DNA of 64,000 bases from Oikopleura dioica (Eukaryota; Animalia; Chordata). Of the stretch, positions 13,101 through 26,577 are shown piece by piece. Made by a program: the position numbers and the translations under genes. Within the stretch, counting starts at the first letter, position 1; every line of letters starts with the position of its first letter. The stretch lies in NCBI GenBank assembly GCA_907165135.1, contig OU015567.1:6138001-6202000 (forward strand), written 5' to 3'. The notes under the pieces were generated by a model that was not told the DNA's origin, made no database searches, and saw only the letters and a list, made by a program, of their open reading frames with translations.

Positions 13101-15969
13101 CGCGGAGTCTAAGCACAAGGAGCAAATAGAGGCGGCAGTTCTTTCATCGCTGACAATCCAAACATTTAACCCTCGAAAATACGTCCAGAGCTACGAAAAT
13201 ATACTTGTCAACGAGACATACTGTCAAGGCTCAGTCAGGTTTCGACTTCCGCGCGGCCGCACTCTTCTCCGCTTCAAAACCAAGGCTAAATTCATGTCAA
13301 CTGTGAGCATCATCTGCAACGCTGAAAATGGACCACACGTCAACTATGGAACCTACAGTGAGCTACTGACGGCTGCTTCTGCTGATGCTCCCGTCTTGTG
13401 GCACAAATATGCGAAATCAATTCTCGCTGCGACGCAAGCTGTGACAGCTTCTTTTGGACAAGGAGAAGAGTACGTAAAACTTATCAGAATCTTGAAGAAA
13501 CTGATCGGCAACGATAAGCTCTGGGAAGCCTACCGCATTGCATTCTATAAATTCTCCTCGAGCGTTCTGAAAGAGAAAGCAGTTATGGAAGATCTTGGGG
13601 CACTCAGAATGCTCTTCCGCGATTTTCATCCAAATCCTGGTCCAGCTGAGTTCTTCATTGATCTAGTACCGCCTATTCCCACTATCCCTGACGAACCTCC
13701 TAAAGCTGGCGCCAAAGGAAAAGGCAAAGGAAAGGCAAAGATGCAGAGCCCGTTCACGCAAGGTAAGCACAGTTTATAGCCGTAGATAGAGTCCACTAAC
13801 ACCTCTTTTTTCACAGTCACAACCTCTGTTAAAGCCGCAACTACTCTCATAAAAACGTGGAGAGGTCATATAGCTCGTATGAACTTTGACGCTCTGATGG
13901 GCCAAAGTCCCGGCGCGAAAAGGCGGCAAGAAAGCGCATTGAACCGGTTCAAGTTGTTCTTTGAACAGCTCGACGAAAATGCGCCAATGAATCTTCTCTA
14001 CAAATTTATCGAAGAAGCTCGGTTGGCCGGACAGGAGATAAAACAAATAGCTGCAGATATGGAGAAGAATTTTAATACTGTCTGCATGACCGGCAAGTAT
14101 AACTCGTTCGTTGGTGGTAAGACGGTCTTATTCCGCGACTGCTTTACAATCGAGGAGCCTACAGAAGTGTTCCCAATCTTTACCGAGTCCAACGCGGGTT
14201 CAAAGCACACGACAACCATCAGACTCCTTGATGAGGAAGGAAAACCGATCGGCAAAATCCTCCGCCGCGTTCGACCAGTCACGCTGAACCCCGGCAAATA
14301 CACGATATTTGGCGATGTTTCGTCATCATGTTGCGAGCCATTCGAGTTTCCAGCAAATGCCAGCTGGAAACTCCAGATCGTTTACGATTTCAATCGCTCA
14401 ATTGACTTGCCGCAGAGGGAGTACAAGACTCAGCTTACAACTAACAAAGGCGCTTATCTTCCTCCATCGTCTTCCACCTTCGAGCCTGGTCTTCTCTTCC
14501 GCTACAATATTGGAATGGCAGCAAATACGCCCGCCGCGTATTTCGTCAAAACAAGCTGCGAAACCGCAAAAATGAAGCTGATGATCAAGGACAATGGAAA
14601 AGAAGTCTTCTGTACTTACGGAACTGGCGAGATTTTCATCCCTTCCTGGGAGTCCAAGGTGAATTCTGTTATCGAAAACGGACTTGGGAGCATTTCAAGA
14701 ACAGCTTCAAGGACGAGCAATAAAGGCAAGAAATCATCAACGAGTGTGAGCGAGGTACAAGACTCTGAGAGTCAAGAGAACAACGCAAAGCTGACGATTG
14801 AAGTTCACTCCAGCAAAGGATGGAAACTCACTGAAGAACAACAAGAAGGTACTAAAGGGATATTTTAAAAACTTTTTGTTCAAAGTAAACTTTAGCGGTT
14901 AAAATTCTTCGCAAGCGATACGCGGAAAGCATCAAAGTGCACGATTCTTTGGCGAAAAAGACATCTTCCAAGGCCGTCACAAATGTAGACAACGAAATGC
15001 CTGAAAACTGCGCTTCCTGGAAGCTGATGATGTTCGTCGATGCAGACAAAGCGGACTCGGTCGAGTTGAAGCTGGACACCTCGAGAATTGACAAAATTAA
15101 AGCGATGAAACTCGCGTGGGAGGCAGCAGATCCAGGGAGATACGAAAGAGCTGTTGCAACTCGTGAGAAGTATCTCGAATCAGTTGGTAAGATTAAAGAA
15201 GTATCTAAAAAATTAACTACAGATGTTTTTAAATTGACGTAAAAAATGATTGTACTCCGTATATAACAGACATTCAGGTGGAAAACCGCCAAAACTAAAA
15301 GACCTTCTGGCGAAGATTCCAAAGTCTGTGATGGAAAAGAACGCCGAGGAAATGATGCGAGACTACGAAAAGGAGCGCGAAAGACTCGACAAGTTTTTGG
15401 CCGACGATGAGGAGCGACGACAGCAGTTACTCGAGCAATACAGTAAGTTCTTTTGATATTGTGAATTTGAAGTGGCTTCAATAGGATATTTTCAATGAAA
15501 ATATTCAATTTCATTGACAGACAAGAGACAATCGTATCCTATCAATCTGTCTCAATGTTGTTGCATAAGATATATTATCATAAATATTCTTGGAGTTGTT
15601 ACAATATGTTATATCATCGTTAAACATCTGAAGATATACCGTATATGATATACAATATTTTGATCCGGTAGATGGTGGTTGAATATTTTCTCTCTCACGG
15701 ATGAAAAATGGTGATTTCTGACCGTCAACGTTGTTCAGTACATTCATTTCCATGTCATCAGATGTGTTTTTTCAATTCAGACTGAAAATGATTGTGCTTC
15801 CCTGGTGTTTGCTGTGTAATACTGAATAATTTTCACCGATCTTGGGAATACCTTGTCATTGAATTCCTATTAAGCGCAAGACTACGAAACGCTGGAGGAA
15901 GAAGAAGAAGCAATTTTAGAAGCAATACATCACTCACTCCGACCAGCGCGCCTCGAGGCCAGCGTGTAA
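10190..15969 (+). CDS. ADGB: Androglobin (calpain-like domain, circularly permuted globin with IQ motif)
   Basis: WPEW..IN.EKWD, FDDPEG...SWKR, GKYAVKLYFMGKFRKIIIDD..P..EIWPLVLSKALLK, IQ-like AATTLIKTWRGHIAR, C-terminal IKAMKLAWEAADPGR all follow the ADGB layout; last exon (stop 15967-15969) is tentative. Confidence 0.85.
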
Positions 15970-16190
15970 AACTCACTCAGAATGACGCATTATTCAAGTT
16001 CATTTGTTCATGATTCACGCACCCCGTTTCTCTGCTCACAGATCTCATTTACTTTTCTACTCATCTGAATATAAAATATATTTTTCTATTTAAAATTTTT
16101 TCAATTAAAACCAAAACGTCTTTTGTCAAATTCCTTGCTGTAGATTGAAAAGAGGTGCCTTACCAAGTTGGGAAGAGATAGAATAACAAA

Positions 16191-19100
16191 ATGCCGTTGA
16201 CGATTCCATTGAAGCAGGCTAGTGATGTCGACTTATCGACTAGGTTTGGGGTTTGAGAATTGAGCCGCTGAAAATTAGCTGAAAACCAAGATAGCCGTCC
16301 GAACAAAGGTGCAGGTGTCGGCACGCCTATTTCTGCTTCAGAATAAATATTCTCTAATCCCCAAAATAGAGTCGCTTCGTTCCTCAAAAATAACTTTTCG
16401 GAACTTGGCGCCGAGGCCTCCAACCAAATGGCTTCAGAGCTCGACAAGCTCCGTCGAACTGCTTGTGTAAAAGCGCTCGACAAGACTGAGACTTCTCTCC
16501 TTGTTCTGACCAAATATCACGATCAGCTTGTCAAAATTCAAGGAAAGATTCCCTTTTCTGTGAAGGACTGCGCTGTTACTTTTGCTTGGAAGGACCCATT
16601 TGAAAAGAAGTCTGCTTTTTCATCCAGGTTTGTTGAAAAACAAAAGATCTTTGTATTCATTGCTTTCGTCTAGCAAGGGAAAGATAGCCATGTGTTCGGG
16701 CGACTTTGAACATTTATGCGTCCTCTGGAATTGCGGCGCGCTCATGTCACAGATCGCCGCGTCACAAATGGACGATGACGAGGGGGCGAAAGAAGCGGTG
16801 AAGAATTTCAACAGGGCTGCGGGCATATACAACTTCATCAAAGACAATGTGGCCGGTGTGCTCAACAAAGTAGGGAGCAATGCTCAATTTTGCGTAAATA
16901 ATACTTCCTACGTAGGAGACTCCGACTACTGATTTGCTTCCTACGACCCTGACGACCTTATCAGTTTACATGTTGGGGTGTGCGCAGGAGCAGATTTACC
17001 ACAAGGCCAGCCGAGGCGGGATGAAGCAAAATGTTCTCGCCAAGCTCTGTGAACAAGCATACCATCACTTCAAGGAGACGAACCGTCATTCTCAGCAAAT
17101 ATCAAAGGTTTCTGATATGTTAAACCTTGAGATGTATCCCACATGTCTCCACTCGAGACTCTCAAAAATAACAACTGTGTTCAGGAACTTGTTTCCTACT
17201 CAAACACGAAGGCAAAGTACTTCAAAGCGCGGGCTCAATGGCACCAGGCTAAAGCTCATCAAGCTGACAAGCAATTTGGAGAGATGATCTCGAGGCTGAG
17301 AGTTACAGAAGGGCTGGTGAAAGAATTATCAAAGGTATCATTGCTATTCAATTACATTTGATGGAACAACTTGTAAATAAAGAAACTGACTAACAGACTT
17401 GCCTTGTCCGCAAAATATAAATCATCAATCCACATTTTTCTTCCCTAGGAGTCTCAAAAGTACAAGACTTTCTACAACGACGTCAAGAATCTACGGGAAG
17501 AAGCCGAGAAGGAAAATAGCTTCATCTATCACTGCGTCATTCCAGCACCAGATAAGCTCGACGCAATCGGTCTCGCAGCTGTGGCCAAAGCAACTCCGTA
17601 CAAAAGAGGTGATCTTCTGACGCCACCAGACAAAGCTGTCGATTTCTTTGAAGCTGTTCAACCCATTGAAGGTGAGTTACCGATGATAGCAATAACCAAC
17701 TTCAAATAATGAGTGTGAACTAAAATTGTTTATATACAAAAAGGCTGTTTTCTACTATTTTTTTTCAATTTTATCCATTTTATTTTCAGTCAACGAAGCC
17801 AACGCCACTTTTGAATCAAAGAAAAAGGCATTCGTTGATGGTCAAATCGAGCGAATTCGAGAGTTGACGACAACTCTCAACGGTGTCTTGCGTACGATGC
17901 ATCTTCCAGAAGCAATTGAAGAGACATCTGGAGCTGGGGTACCAAGAAGTATCAGCGATAAGGCGCTGGATGTTCGGGTTAAAGGAGGAATCGACAAGAT
18001 CAGAAGCATGTCAAACAATATTCCAGGTAGACTTGAACAAAATTTTTCATCGTTCATTTTTACTCTTTCAGACTCTTTGCAGCGAAACCAGGACTTGCTC
18101 AACGAAGCAAAGCGTATGTTGACAGCAGAACAAGAATCAGATGCTGCTCTTCGAGCTCAATTCGGCACGAGACTTACAGTCACTCCCAGCGACCAACTGA
18201 CGAATTCGCTCTGGACAGACTGTCAAAAATACGAAGGGATTCTCCAGAAAGCCGTGGAAGCTGACTCCATTGTCAAGCAAAAGTTGGAAGACAACGCTCG
18301 CGGTCTCGAGCTTCTTTCGGGCACTGATGATCAACTGAACGAAGCATTCCCTTCTGGCTCTGTCGCGAATGTTCTTTCGGACAATCCAGTCATCAAGGAA
18401 TTGAAATCTTTGTGCCAGCAATCTGATGCCTTGAAAAACGAGCGGGACGTGATTGAAAGTGAGCTTCGAGGAGCTACAGTCACCATGAACATTGAATTCT
18501 GCCAAGCGCTTCAAGAGCAAGGCGTGATCAATGCAGAAGAAATGTCTGACGAGAAGCTAGAAAGTGCTTATGCCGAACTCGTCGGACAAATAGATGATTC
18601 TCGAGATAGACAAGAATCAGTTCTGGCGAATTTGCAACGCTGTAGTCAAGAGTTTTCCATGCTGAAAAAGTCTGGTGCTGCGGAAGAAGAGCGACAAAAG
18701 GTTCTAGGACAGATTAATGCTGCGTACGATAGTTTCCGAGAACTCTGTTCAAATTTGGAGGAAGGGACAAAGTTTTACAACGACTTGACCAACTACCTGA
18801 TCCGCTTGCAAGGAAAAGTGAGCGACTTCTGCTTCGCGCGAAAGACGGAAAAGGATGAGTTTCTGAGAACTCAGACTAATGTTGCGAGTGAGGCAGGAAA
18901 TATTGCGACTCCTTCGTTTTTGAATCAAGCTCAACCACAAGCTCCAGCCCCCGCTGCGCAGCCAGAGAATCCATCAGGTCCTCCAGCTCGCCCTCCTCCG
19001 CCTTCTTTCCAACAAGGTCCCCCACAACAGCTACAGGATCAGCCAGCATGCCCTCCTCAACAAACCCAGGGAGCTCCAACTCCTGCCCCGCGAAACCAAC

Positions 19101-19762
19101 CGCCACAAGGACCTCCATCGGGCGGTTACCAGCCACAAGGACCTCCTCCTGCCTACGCTCCCCAATACCAACAAAATCAATACCAGCCCCCGAATCAGCC
19201 ATATCAGCCTCCATACGGCCATGCTCCTAATCCTTCTGGTGCACCTGCTGCTCCTTATCCTCAGCAAAATAACTATTGGAATCAAGTATGTAGCAGTATT
19301 CTATTTTTGTTATTACCCGAGGTTAATCAATCTGAGATTGCCAATCTCTTATCCAGGTTTTCGTAAGGGCATTATGATATAAGAAGCTGTAAGCTTGAAC
19401 TCAGGTAGAAATCTACCGACAAGAAATTTGAATAAAATTCATTAATCTGACAATTTTATACAAATTTGGTTGTTTTTTAACAAAGTTTGATTGATTCTGA
19501 ATATGTGATACCGATAGAAGTTCTATAGAACATACCTTACGATGAAATCTCGTAACGATCTTTTTAGCAACCTCCTGCTGGAAACTGGAATCAGCCCCCA
19601 CCGGGTCAGAACGCCGGCTATCCGTCCTACCCACCGCAGCAAGGAAACCAATACCAGCCATATCCCAGCCAACCGGGTTACCAAAATCAGCCTGGTCAAA
19701 ATCAAGGTTATCCACCACAACAAGGCGGTTACCAGGGAATCCCTCCATATCCTCCTCGCTAA
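16191..19762 (+). CDS. PDCD6IP: ALIX (Bro1 domain, V domain, Pro/Gln/Tyr-rich tail)
   Basis: TIPLKQASDVDL, FAWKDPF, AAGIYNFIKD, AEKENSFIYH, NLEEGTKFYNDL, long P/Q/Y-rich C terminus; stop TAA 19760-19762. Confidence 0.93.
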
Positions 19763-20168
19763 TCTTCAACTCCAACGCCTATCATGTTCTGATTCAAATC
19801 GTTTGTTCAAACTCCCTTCTTTCCAACCTTTTTCAACCGTTAACATCTTCGTCATTTACAGATAACACCGTCTTTTAGCGCATTCCTTATCTGATATAGT
19901 ATCTGGTTCAATAAAAAAAAACTTTCAAACGCCCTGTACAGACTGTGCAATTGCTCTTCCCGTTCAATTTTCCTTTTCCTAAAAGCAACTCTTCAAGATT
20001 TTCGAAATCTCAGTAGTTTTATACTAATCAGTGATGATTCCTCTCTTCTGAAAGTTCACAAGAAAAAAAACATATTTTTGATTTACATCATGTTCGACAT
20101 ATAACAATAAAAAATAAAAATTCTCTCGCTTTCATGTTCTTATTCTCTTCAAAGCATTTCTTGTCAGA

Positions 20169-22604
20169 ATGTCTGTCGCAGCTGGGCTGAGGCAAATCCT
20201 CCCGGAGCCGACGCAGCAAAGCTTCGATGAGGACATCTCAGCTACTCAAAAAGAGCGAACGCAGGCATTAGTTGCAACTCGAAAGGAGCCACCTCCATAC
20301 GGCGCGCGAGCCGGTTATGTTCCCCGAACAATTGCCGACTTTGGCGATGGAGGTGCATTTCCAGAAATTCATGTGGCCCAGTTTCCCCTCGGCATGGGCA
20401 AGCCAAAGACAAAGAAGTCGAATGCGCTGGCTGTGCATTTGGATCAAGACGGAAATGTCAAGTACGACGCGTTGGTGAAACAGGGACACACAGACAAACG
20501 CGTCGTGCACTCCAAGTTTTCAGACTTGGTTCCAAAGGAGATCCTTGATGCGGATGATGCTTCGCTTCAAATACCAGATCAGGTTGGTTCAATCAAACAA
20601 GTGTTTTTGTTCATTTCAACATTAAGGATAAACTCGATGAAAACACGCAACGAACACGAGACGCACTCGAAAAGATCTGTAACGACAAGATTTCAGCCTC
20701 GATGCCAGGCCAATGCGCCAAGAAACAAGCACCAGCTCAATACATCAGGTACCGGACCATCGATTTGTGGAATTATGATCGTTTAGATACACTCCTTCCG
20801 AACAAGGGCACGGATATGCCGGAGGAGCGAAGCAGCGGATCATCAGAATGGTAGAAGTGCAGGTCGATCCAATGGAACCTCCGCGATTCCGCACGAACAA
20901 AAAGATCCCACGAGGTCCTCCCTCGCCACCAGCGCCAGTGATGCACTCCCCGACTAGAAAAATTACGCAAAAGGAACAATTGGAATGGAGGATTCCTCCT
21001 GCCATCTCAAACTGGAAGAATCCGAAGGGTAATTTATTCCAACAAGAATTTTATTGTGTGAAGGATGATCTTGAAGGCAGCTATTAAAATTATTTGAGCA
21101 ACCTGGCACGAATAAAGGATAAATAGTATAAATTATACTGTATAATAATAAAAAAAACTATATGAAACTCTCTATTAATAACTTACAAAGGGTATCTTTG
21201 ATTTAGAGACAATTAAAATCCTCCTTTTCAAAGCAAAAAAAGCCTTCATGACTATCCTTGTGGATGAATAATCAATAACTTCATGTAAATGTAGTCTCAG
21301 TCGTAGCAATTCAGGTTACACAATTCCTCTGGACAAACGACTGGCAGCAGATGGTCGTGGTCTTCAATCGACGCATATCAACGAGAACTTTGCTAAACTG
21401 TCCGAAGCACTGTACATTGCTGACAGAAAAGCGAGAGAAGCGGTTGAAATGAGAAGCCAAGTTGAGAAGAAAATCGCCAACAAAGAAAAGGTAGACTTTG
21501 GGAATTTTTTGGGATTTATTTTGCGTCAAAAGATCATTATTTCTCGATTCTTAAAGGATTTGACGACAATACAAAGTGGACTTTCTGAACCAGAAAGAAG
21601 ACCATTTTGAGGAAGCAAGGCTAATTTCTTACTTTTTAGGAAGGAAAAGAATCTGAACTGCGTGAACTGGCCAAAGCCGCGCGCGCCAAACGAAGCGGCC
21701 TCGCCAAAAGTCCCAAGAAAGAAAACGAAGTCAACGACGAAGACGAAGTGCGCGAGCGTGACGAAATCAGACGCCAACGTCACGAGCAGCGGAAGCGAGA
21801 GCACAACATTGCCCGCGCCGCGCCTGGAAAACAGTACGTTCTTGACCCCGCGCTCATACTAATTTCAAGCGTAGAAAGGAGCTCCGCTCGCTCGAGGACA
21901 GAGATATCTCCGAGCAAGTCGCGCTCGGCCTCCCGGCGAAGAAATCTGGAGGCGATGCGTTGTTCGATCAGCGGTTGTTTGGAACGAGCAAGGGAATGGA
22001 TACAGGATTTGATCGTAAGTTGAATATTCTCTTCTTATTTCAGATTTTGTAATCTGGGAAAAAACTTTGTCGATTTTATCAAGAAATATCTAATATTTTT
22101 GATAATATCTAAAATTACTCAAAATTGGTCAATTTGGCAATATTTTATTCTCTCACTTCCTCATGATACAATTTTATCACACAATTATTTTTCAGATGGA
22201 AACGACGAAGCTTACAATATCTACGATAAGCCTTGGCGCTCCGAAACGACGCTTTCGAACCACCTTTACCGGCCGCCTAAAAACCGGGACTTGGACACTT
22301 ATGGCGATGATATAGAAGAAATCGCGAAGCAGAAGCGCTTTGTTCCAGACAAGGGCTTTGAAGGAGCTGATGCTTCGGCGCCAAGAGGATCTGGACCTGT
22401 TCAGTTTGAAAAGGATATCTTTGGTGTGGACGAATTGCTGGCGGATGTTAAGAGGGTAAGTTTGACCTTTTTAGGAGCAATGAACCCGTGAAAATAGGGG
22501 AACCAGGCCGATAGAATCTACTAGAAAGTTCAATTAGATAATTCTTTCAGGGATCAAAAAGAGGGACAGACCGTGAAGATAAAGATTCAAAGCGACGTCG
22601 ATAG
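20169..22604 (+). CDS. SNW1: SNW domain splicing factor SKIP/Prp45
   Basis: DFGDGGAFPEIHVAQFPLGMG, DPMEPPRF..KIPRGPPSPPAPVMHSP, PAISNWKNPKG, GPVQFEKD.FG. Confidence 0.97.
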
Positions 22605-23024
22605 TTATGAACTTCCCACTGCCAGAAGAAAACACTTACAAACATCAAAAACTTGTTCCTACCAATTTGAAAATCACACCCCATTTTCCACCAAATTAAC
22701 CACTTGACCTTGGTTGTATGAAAAGTTGACTTTTCATACTTCCTTCTTGGAACACCACCAACTCCAAAATCACGAAGCACCTTTCGGGAATGTGATGAGT
22801 CATCGCCACGTCACTCACCCGCCCACGCGTCCGCTTGAGCATGATAGGCCCCTTTTTCTTCTTGAAACTGTTAGAGATAATTAACGATTCTATTCTTTTT
22901 TTTTTCTTTTGTTGAGAGCTCAATCTTATTACAGTATCTGTCTCCGAGATTATCGCAGAAAAAAGCTTGCGATATTTCATCCTGAGTAACATACAGCCAT
23001 GCTAACATTGTTAATTTTCTAGAG

Positions 23025-24528
23025 ATGGGCAAGTTATACACCTACCCCGATAACTTCCGTGCCGATAAGATCAAGGCCGTCGCCGCTATCTCCGGATACA
23101 AGCTCGAGGTACAACTTGTAGTAGCATTTGTATAGTCACAAGCCTATCATTACGCTGGGTAAACTTTATATGTTATCTTTCGGGTTAGTTGGAGCGTAAT
23201 TCCGATAGCTTCGCCAGACCCTCTACGTAGTGGCTTATCTTATTAATATTAATAATTATGATCGTGTAGTATTTCTTCTATCGCACTATCTCATCTTTAT
23301 CTTTCAGGTCGCCTCTGACTACGTCCACGGCGTCACCAACAAGACACCCGAGTTCGAGTCAAAATTCTTCGGAAAAGTTCCCGCCTTCGAGGATGGCTCC
23401 ACCGCCCTCTGCAACGACACCGCCATCGCCCACTTCGTCGGCAACGATCAAACACGAGGTGGTGCCAAGGCCCACGACGTTCTCTGCTGGTCTGGCTTTG
23501 CCGACAGCACCCTTCTCCCCGCCATCGCCCAGTGGGTTTGGCCTACTTTGGGTGTCATCGCTCCCAACAAGCAGCACGTCTCCGAGGCCAAGGAGAGCCT
23601 TAAGAAGGCCTTCACCTTCATGAACGGCTACCTTGCCACCTGCACTTTCCTCGTTGGTGAGCGAATCACTTACGCTGACATCGCCGTCGCCTTGACCCTC
23701 AAGTCCGGCTACGAACAGGTCTTCACCCCAGAGTGGCGAAAGGCCTACCCCCATGTTAACCGATGGTTCTTGACCACTGTCAACCAGCCAGCTGTCGCCG
23801 GCGTCATCGGTGAAGTCAAACTCGCAGTCAAGGAGGCCCAGTTCGACGCCAAGAAATTCGCCGAAGTCTCTGGCAAGGCCAACAAGAACGCTGCCAAGAA
23901 AGAAGCCAAGAAAGAAGCGAAGAAGGAGGCAAAGAAGGCCGAGCCCAAGGCCGCCGCTGCCCCCGCTCCCGCCAAGGAGGACAAGCCCGCCGACCCATGG
24001 GAGGGCCTTGCCAAGCCATGTGTCGACATGGACTCCTGGAAGCGATTCTACTCCAACAACGATGAAGACAAATCCGTCGAGCACTTCTGGAACAACGTCA
24101 TCACCGACGAAGTCAAGAAGGAGTACTCCCTCTGGGTTGGAACTTACAAATACGCCGACGAGCTCACCCAGCCCTTCATGGCCTCCAACCTCATCGGTGG
24201 CATGTTCCAGCGAATTGAGAAGCTCCGAAAGCACGTAAGTAGATTCAAAATGATGCTTTTGCTGATTACTCTTTATTAGGCTTTTGCTTCCTGCGTTGTC
24301 GGTGGCGTGCCCAACGACCTCAACATCACCGGTCTCTGGTTCTGGCGAGGACAGACCCTTGCCTTCCCCCGATCTCCTGACTGGCAGATCGACTACGAGG
24401 TCTACGACTGGCAGAAGCTCGAATGGGACGCCCCCGAAGTCAAGGATATGGTCGCCAAGTACTGGATGTGGGACGAGAAGGCCCAGTTCGCCGGCAAGCC
24501 CTTCAACCAGGCCAAGATCTACAAGTAA
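23025..24528 (+). CDS. EEF1G: Elongation factor 1-gamma
   Basis: GST-like N terminus (KLYTYPDNFRA, GKVPAFE), KKEA linker, WKRFYSN, FMASNLIGGMFQR, WQIDYEVYDW; strong C-ending codon bias. Confidence 0.97.
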
Positions 24529-24810
24529 ATCCCTCTTTCTTTCCCCAAGTTCAGGGAGTTCTGCTTCCTCTTATTACTTAGGCGCAATTTCCAATTCATC
24601 CCTCCTTTCTGTCGTAACAAGAACTGCTTCATTTTTCCGATAATATAAGTTAAATGAATTATTGAAAGAAAGTGATAAAAAAAATTTGTTTATTTTTGTA
24701 TTATTTTTATTTTTTATCGATTGGGCAGATTTACAGAGGACTTGAATGTAAATTTCCAATTGGAAATGCAGTCGCAGGGAAAGTTAAAATTAAAGCAGAT
24801 AAAAAGAAAC

Positions 24811-25083
24811 TTAATACATTCGGTTTCGGTAGTGAGACTTCATTCGATTTCGGAGGGAGGATCGGGCAGCTCCGAAGCGGCTTCTCGGATTCGGTTGGGT
24901 GTAGACAAGTCGTGCTTGGTCGTTGCCGAAGTAACCCATGTTAGGGTTCGTTCGTCTTCCCATCTGATAGTCAATGCCGGTCTGGATATGATTGTTAGCA
25001 TTGTTCATGTAGCGCTGGTGGCTGATTCCATCGCAAGCGACGAAAGAAACGGAAACAGCGAGAAAGAGAGTGTTGAAGAGCAT
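24811..25083 (-). CDS. Small secreted basic peptide, copy P1 (90 aa, intronless)
   Basis: Signal-like MLFNTLFLAVSVSFVAC, Arg-rich tail; 81/90 identical to 27543-27815; TATA box upstream. Confidence 0.85.
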   Translation of the reverse strand: MLFNTLFLAVSVSFVACDGISHQRYMNNANNHIQTGIDYQMGRRTNPNMGYFGNDQARLVYTQPNPRSRFGAARSSLRNRMKSHYRNRMY

Positions 25084-25152
25084 GTTTAGGTTTTATTTGT
25101 TTGTTTGATCGGTGTAGATGATTTGATGATTGTTGCAGGTCTCTCGTCTTCC

Positions 25153-25215
25153 TTATATATTCTCAAAATCGGGAACGGTGGCGTCCGAGCTTGTCAAAAA
25201 TACGAAGAGCGCCGC
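25153..25215 (-). promoter_or_regulatory. TATA promoter of P1 with upstream motifs shared with P2
   Basis: Minus strand reads GCGGCGCTCTTC ... CTCGGACGCCACCGT ... GAGAATATATAA; same blocks at 27411-27468. Confidence 0.75.
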
Positions 25216-25532
25216 GTAGCTCACGTCTGCTAGTGTCGCTATTATCATAATTAATGTAAACTTTTTTTACATGTCGTAGCTCTTACTAAACACTGGGCAA
25301 AGCATCACTTATCAAATATAAAACGACATGCAGGCAACTTGATAGGGAGCCCCATATACGGGTACCATACGAAAGCATGTAAAAAGCTGTAGTACATCGG
25401 CTATCCAAAATGTGCCTGGATTTTCATCTTATGAACCTAACTATAGTCGATCAAACGTCTTCCTTTTAGAATGCTTTGATGAGATCCTCAAGTTGAAATA
25501 TCACACTCCTAAATTTCGATTGGAAAGTAATA

Positions 25533-26299
25533 ATGAATGGATTATCCAAGGACATCGACAATCGCTATCGGTCCGGTCCAGCACCGCCCAAGCTGCTTTC
25601 AATGGACTGTCACACATGCAGAAAATACCAAGAAATCGAGCTCTTTCTTTGCTGCTGGCTCGACGGGACGCAGCCGACGGCATACTGCTCGCTAGAATGC
25701 CAGCAGACGGACTGGAATCGGCACAGGGCGCTGTGCTCGCGAAATACGCGTCCTCTCGATCGACTGAGAAGAGAATGCGACAAAAAAGTAGAAGAAAATC
25801 AGCACACACTGCAGTTGCTAGAAACGGCGAATAAAGACCTAAATCGGAAGCAAATGGACATTTTAAAGCTAAATGACTGTAAATACAAATTTCTCGATAC
25901 ACGACGTTAATTTCTCTTTCTTTCTAGGTATATATAGAAAAGACGAGAGAATAAAAGATCTCGAACGAATAAACGAAAAAACAAACGCTGACAAAACCAC
26001 CGCGCTAGAATTTGCAAAAGAGCAGGAAATCAAAAAAGATGCCTGGATAAAATTAGTCAATAGACATGAAAAAACGTAACTTATTTTTCTACAAAAACAT
26101 GTCTGAGAATCATCTTCCTTTTAGCATTTCCGAGAACACCAAACTTGAAACAAAAATCGCTGAAGATTCCAAAAAAATTAACGACATGCGAAGTGGTGTA
26201 AAGAATCTTATGGACAGGTTCATGGAGGAGAAATCAAAGCACAAGAAAGAGATAGAAGAGTTACAGTCTCGGCTCGATCTTCTAACTTCTGACAGCTGA
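25533..26299 (+). CDS. MYND zinc-finger plus coiled-coil protein (3 exons; start uncertain)
   Basis: CHTC...CC...YCSLECQQTDWNRHRALC matches zf-MYND; followed by K/E-rich heptads across two short GT-AG introns. Confidence 0.75.
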
Positions 26300-26577
26300 T
26301 CTCTACTAAGTCAATCTTCACCGATTTAACTGTACTGTACAGACACTCAGTAACTATCTATTCACTGCGAGAAACACGCCTTCTTCAGGCTCGAATATCG
26401 GAGATACAGTTCATAAGCGAACTTTACTACACATATTTTGATTATTTGACTTCTTTCTTTTTGCAATTTCAAAGAACCTATTTTAACAGGACTCCAACTT
26501 TCTTTCCACCTCAAGGCTCCAAAAACATTAACAGCAATAATCACTAGAGCGCTCTTTCTTGTAAATGATCATTTTAG

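Noticed and set aside
23359-24238. 291-aa antisense ORF and 142-aa alternate-frame ORF in EEF1G
   Set aside because: Expected from strong C-ending codon bias; no motifs.
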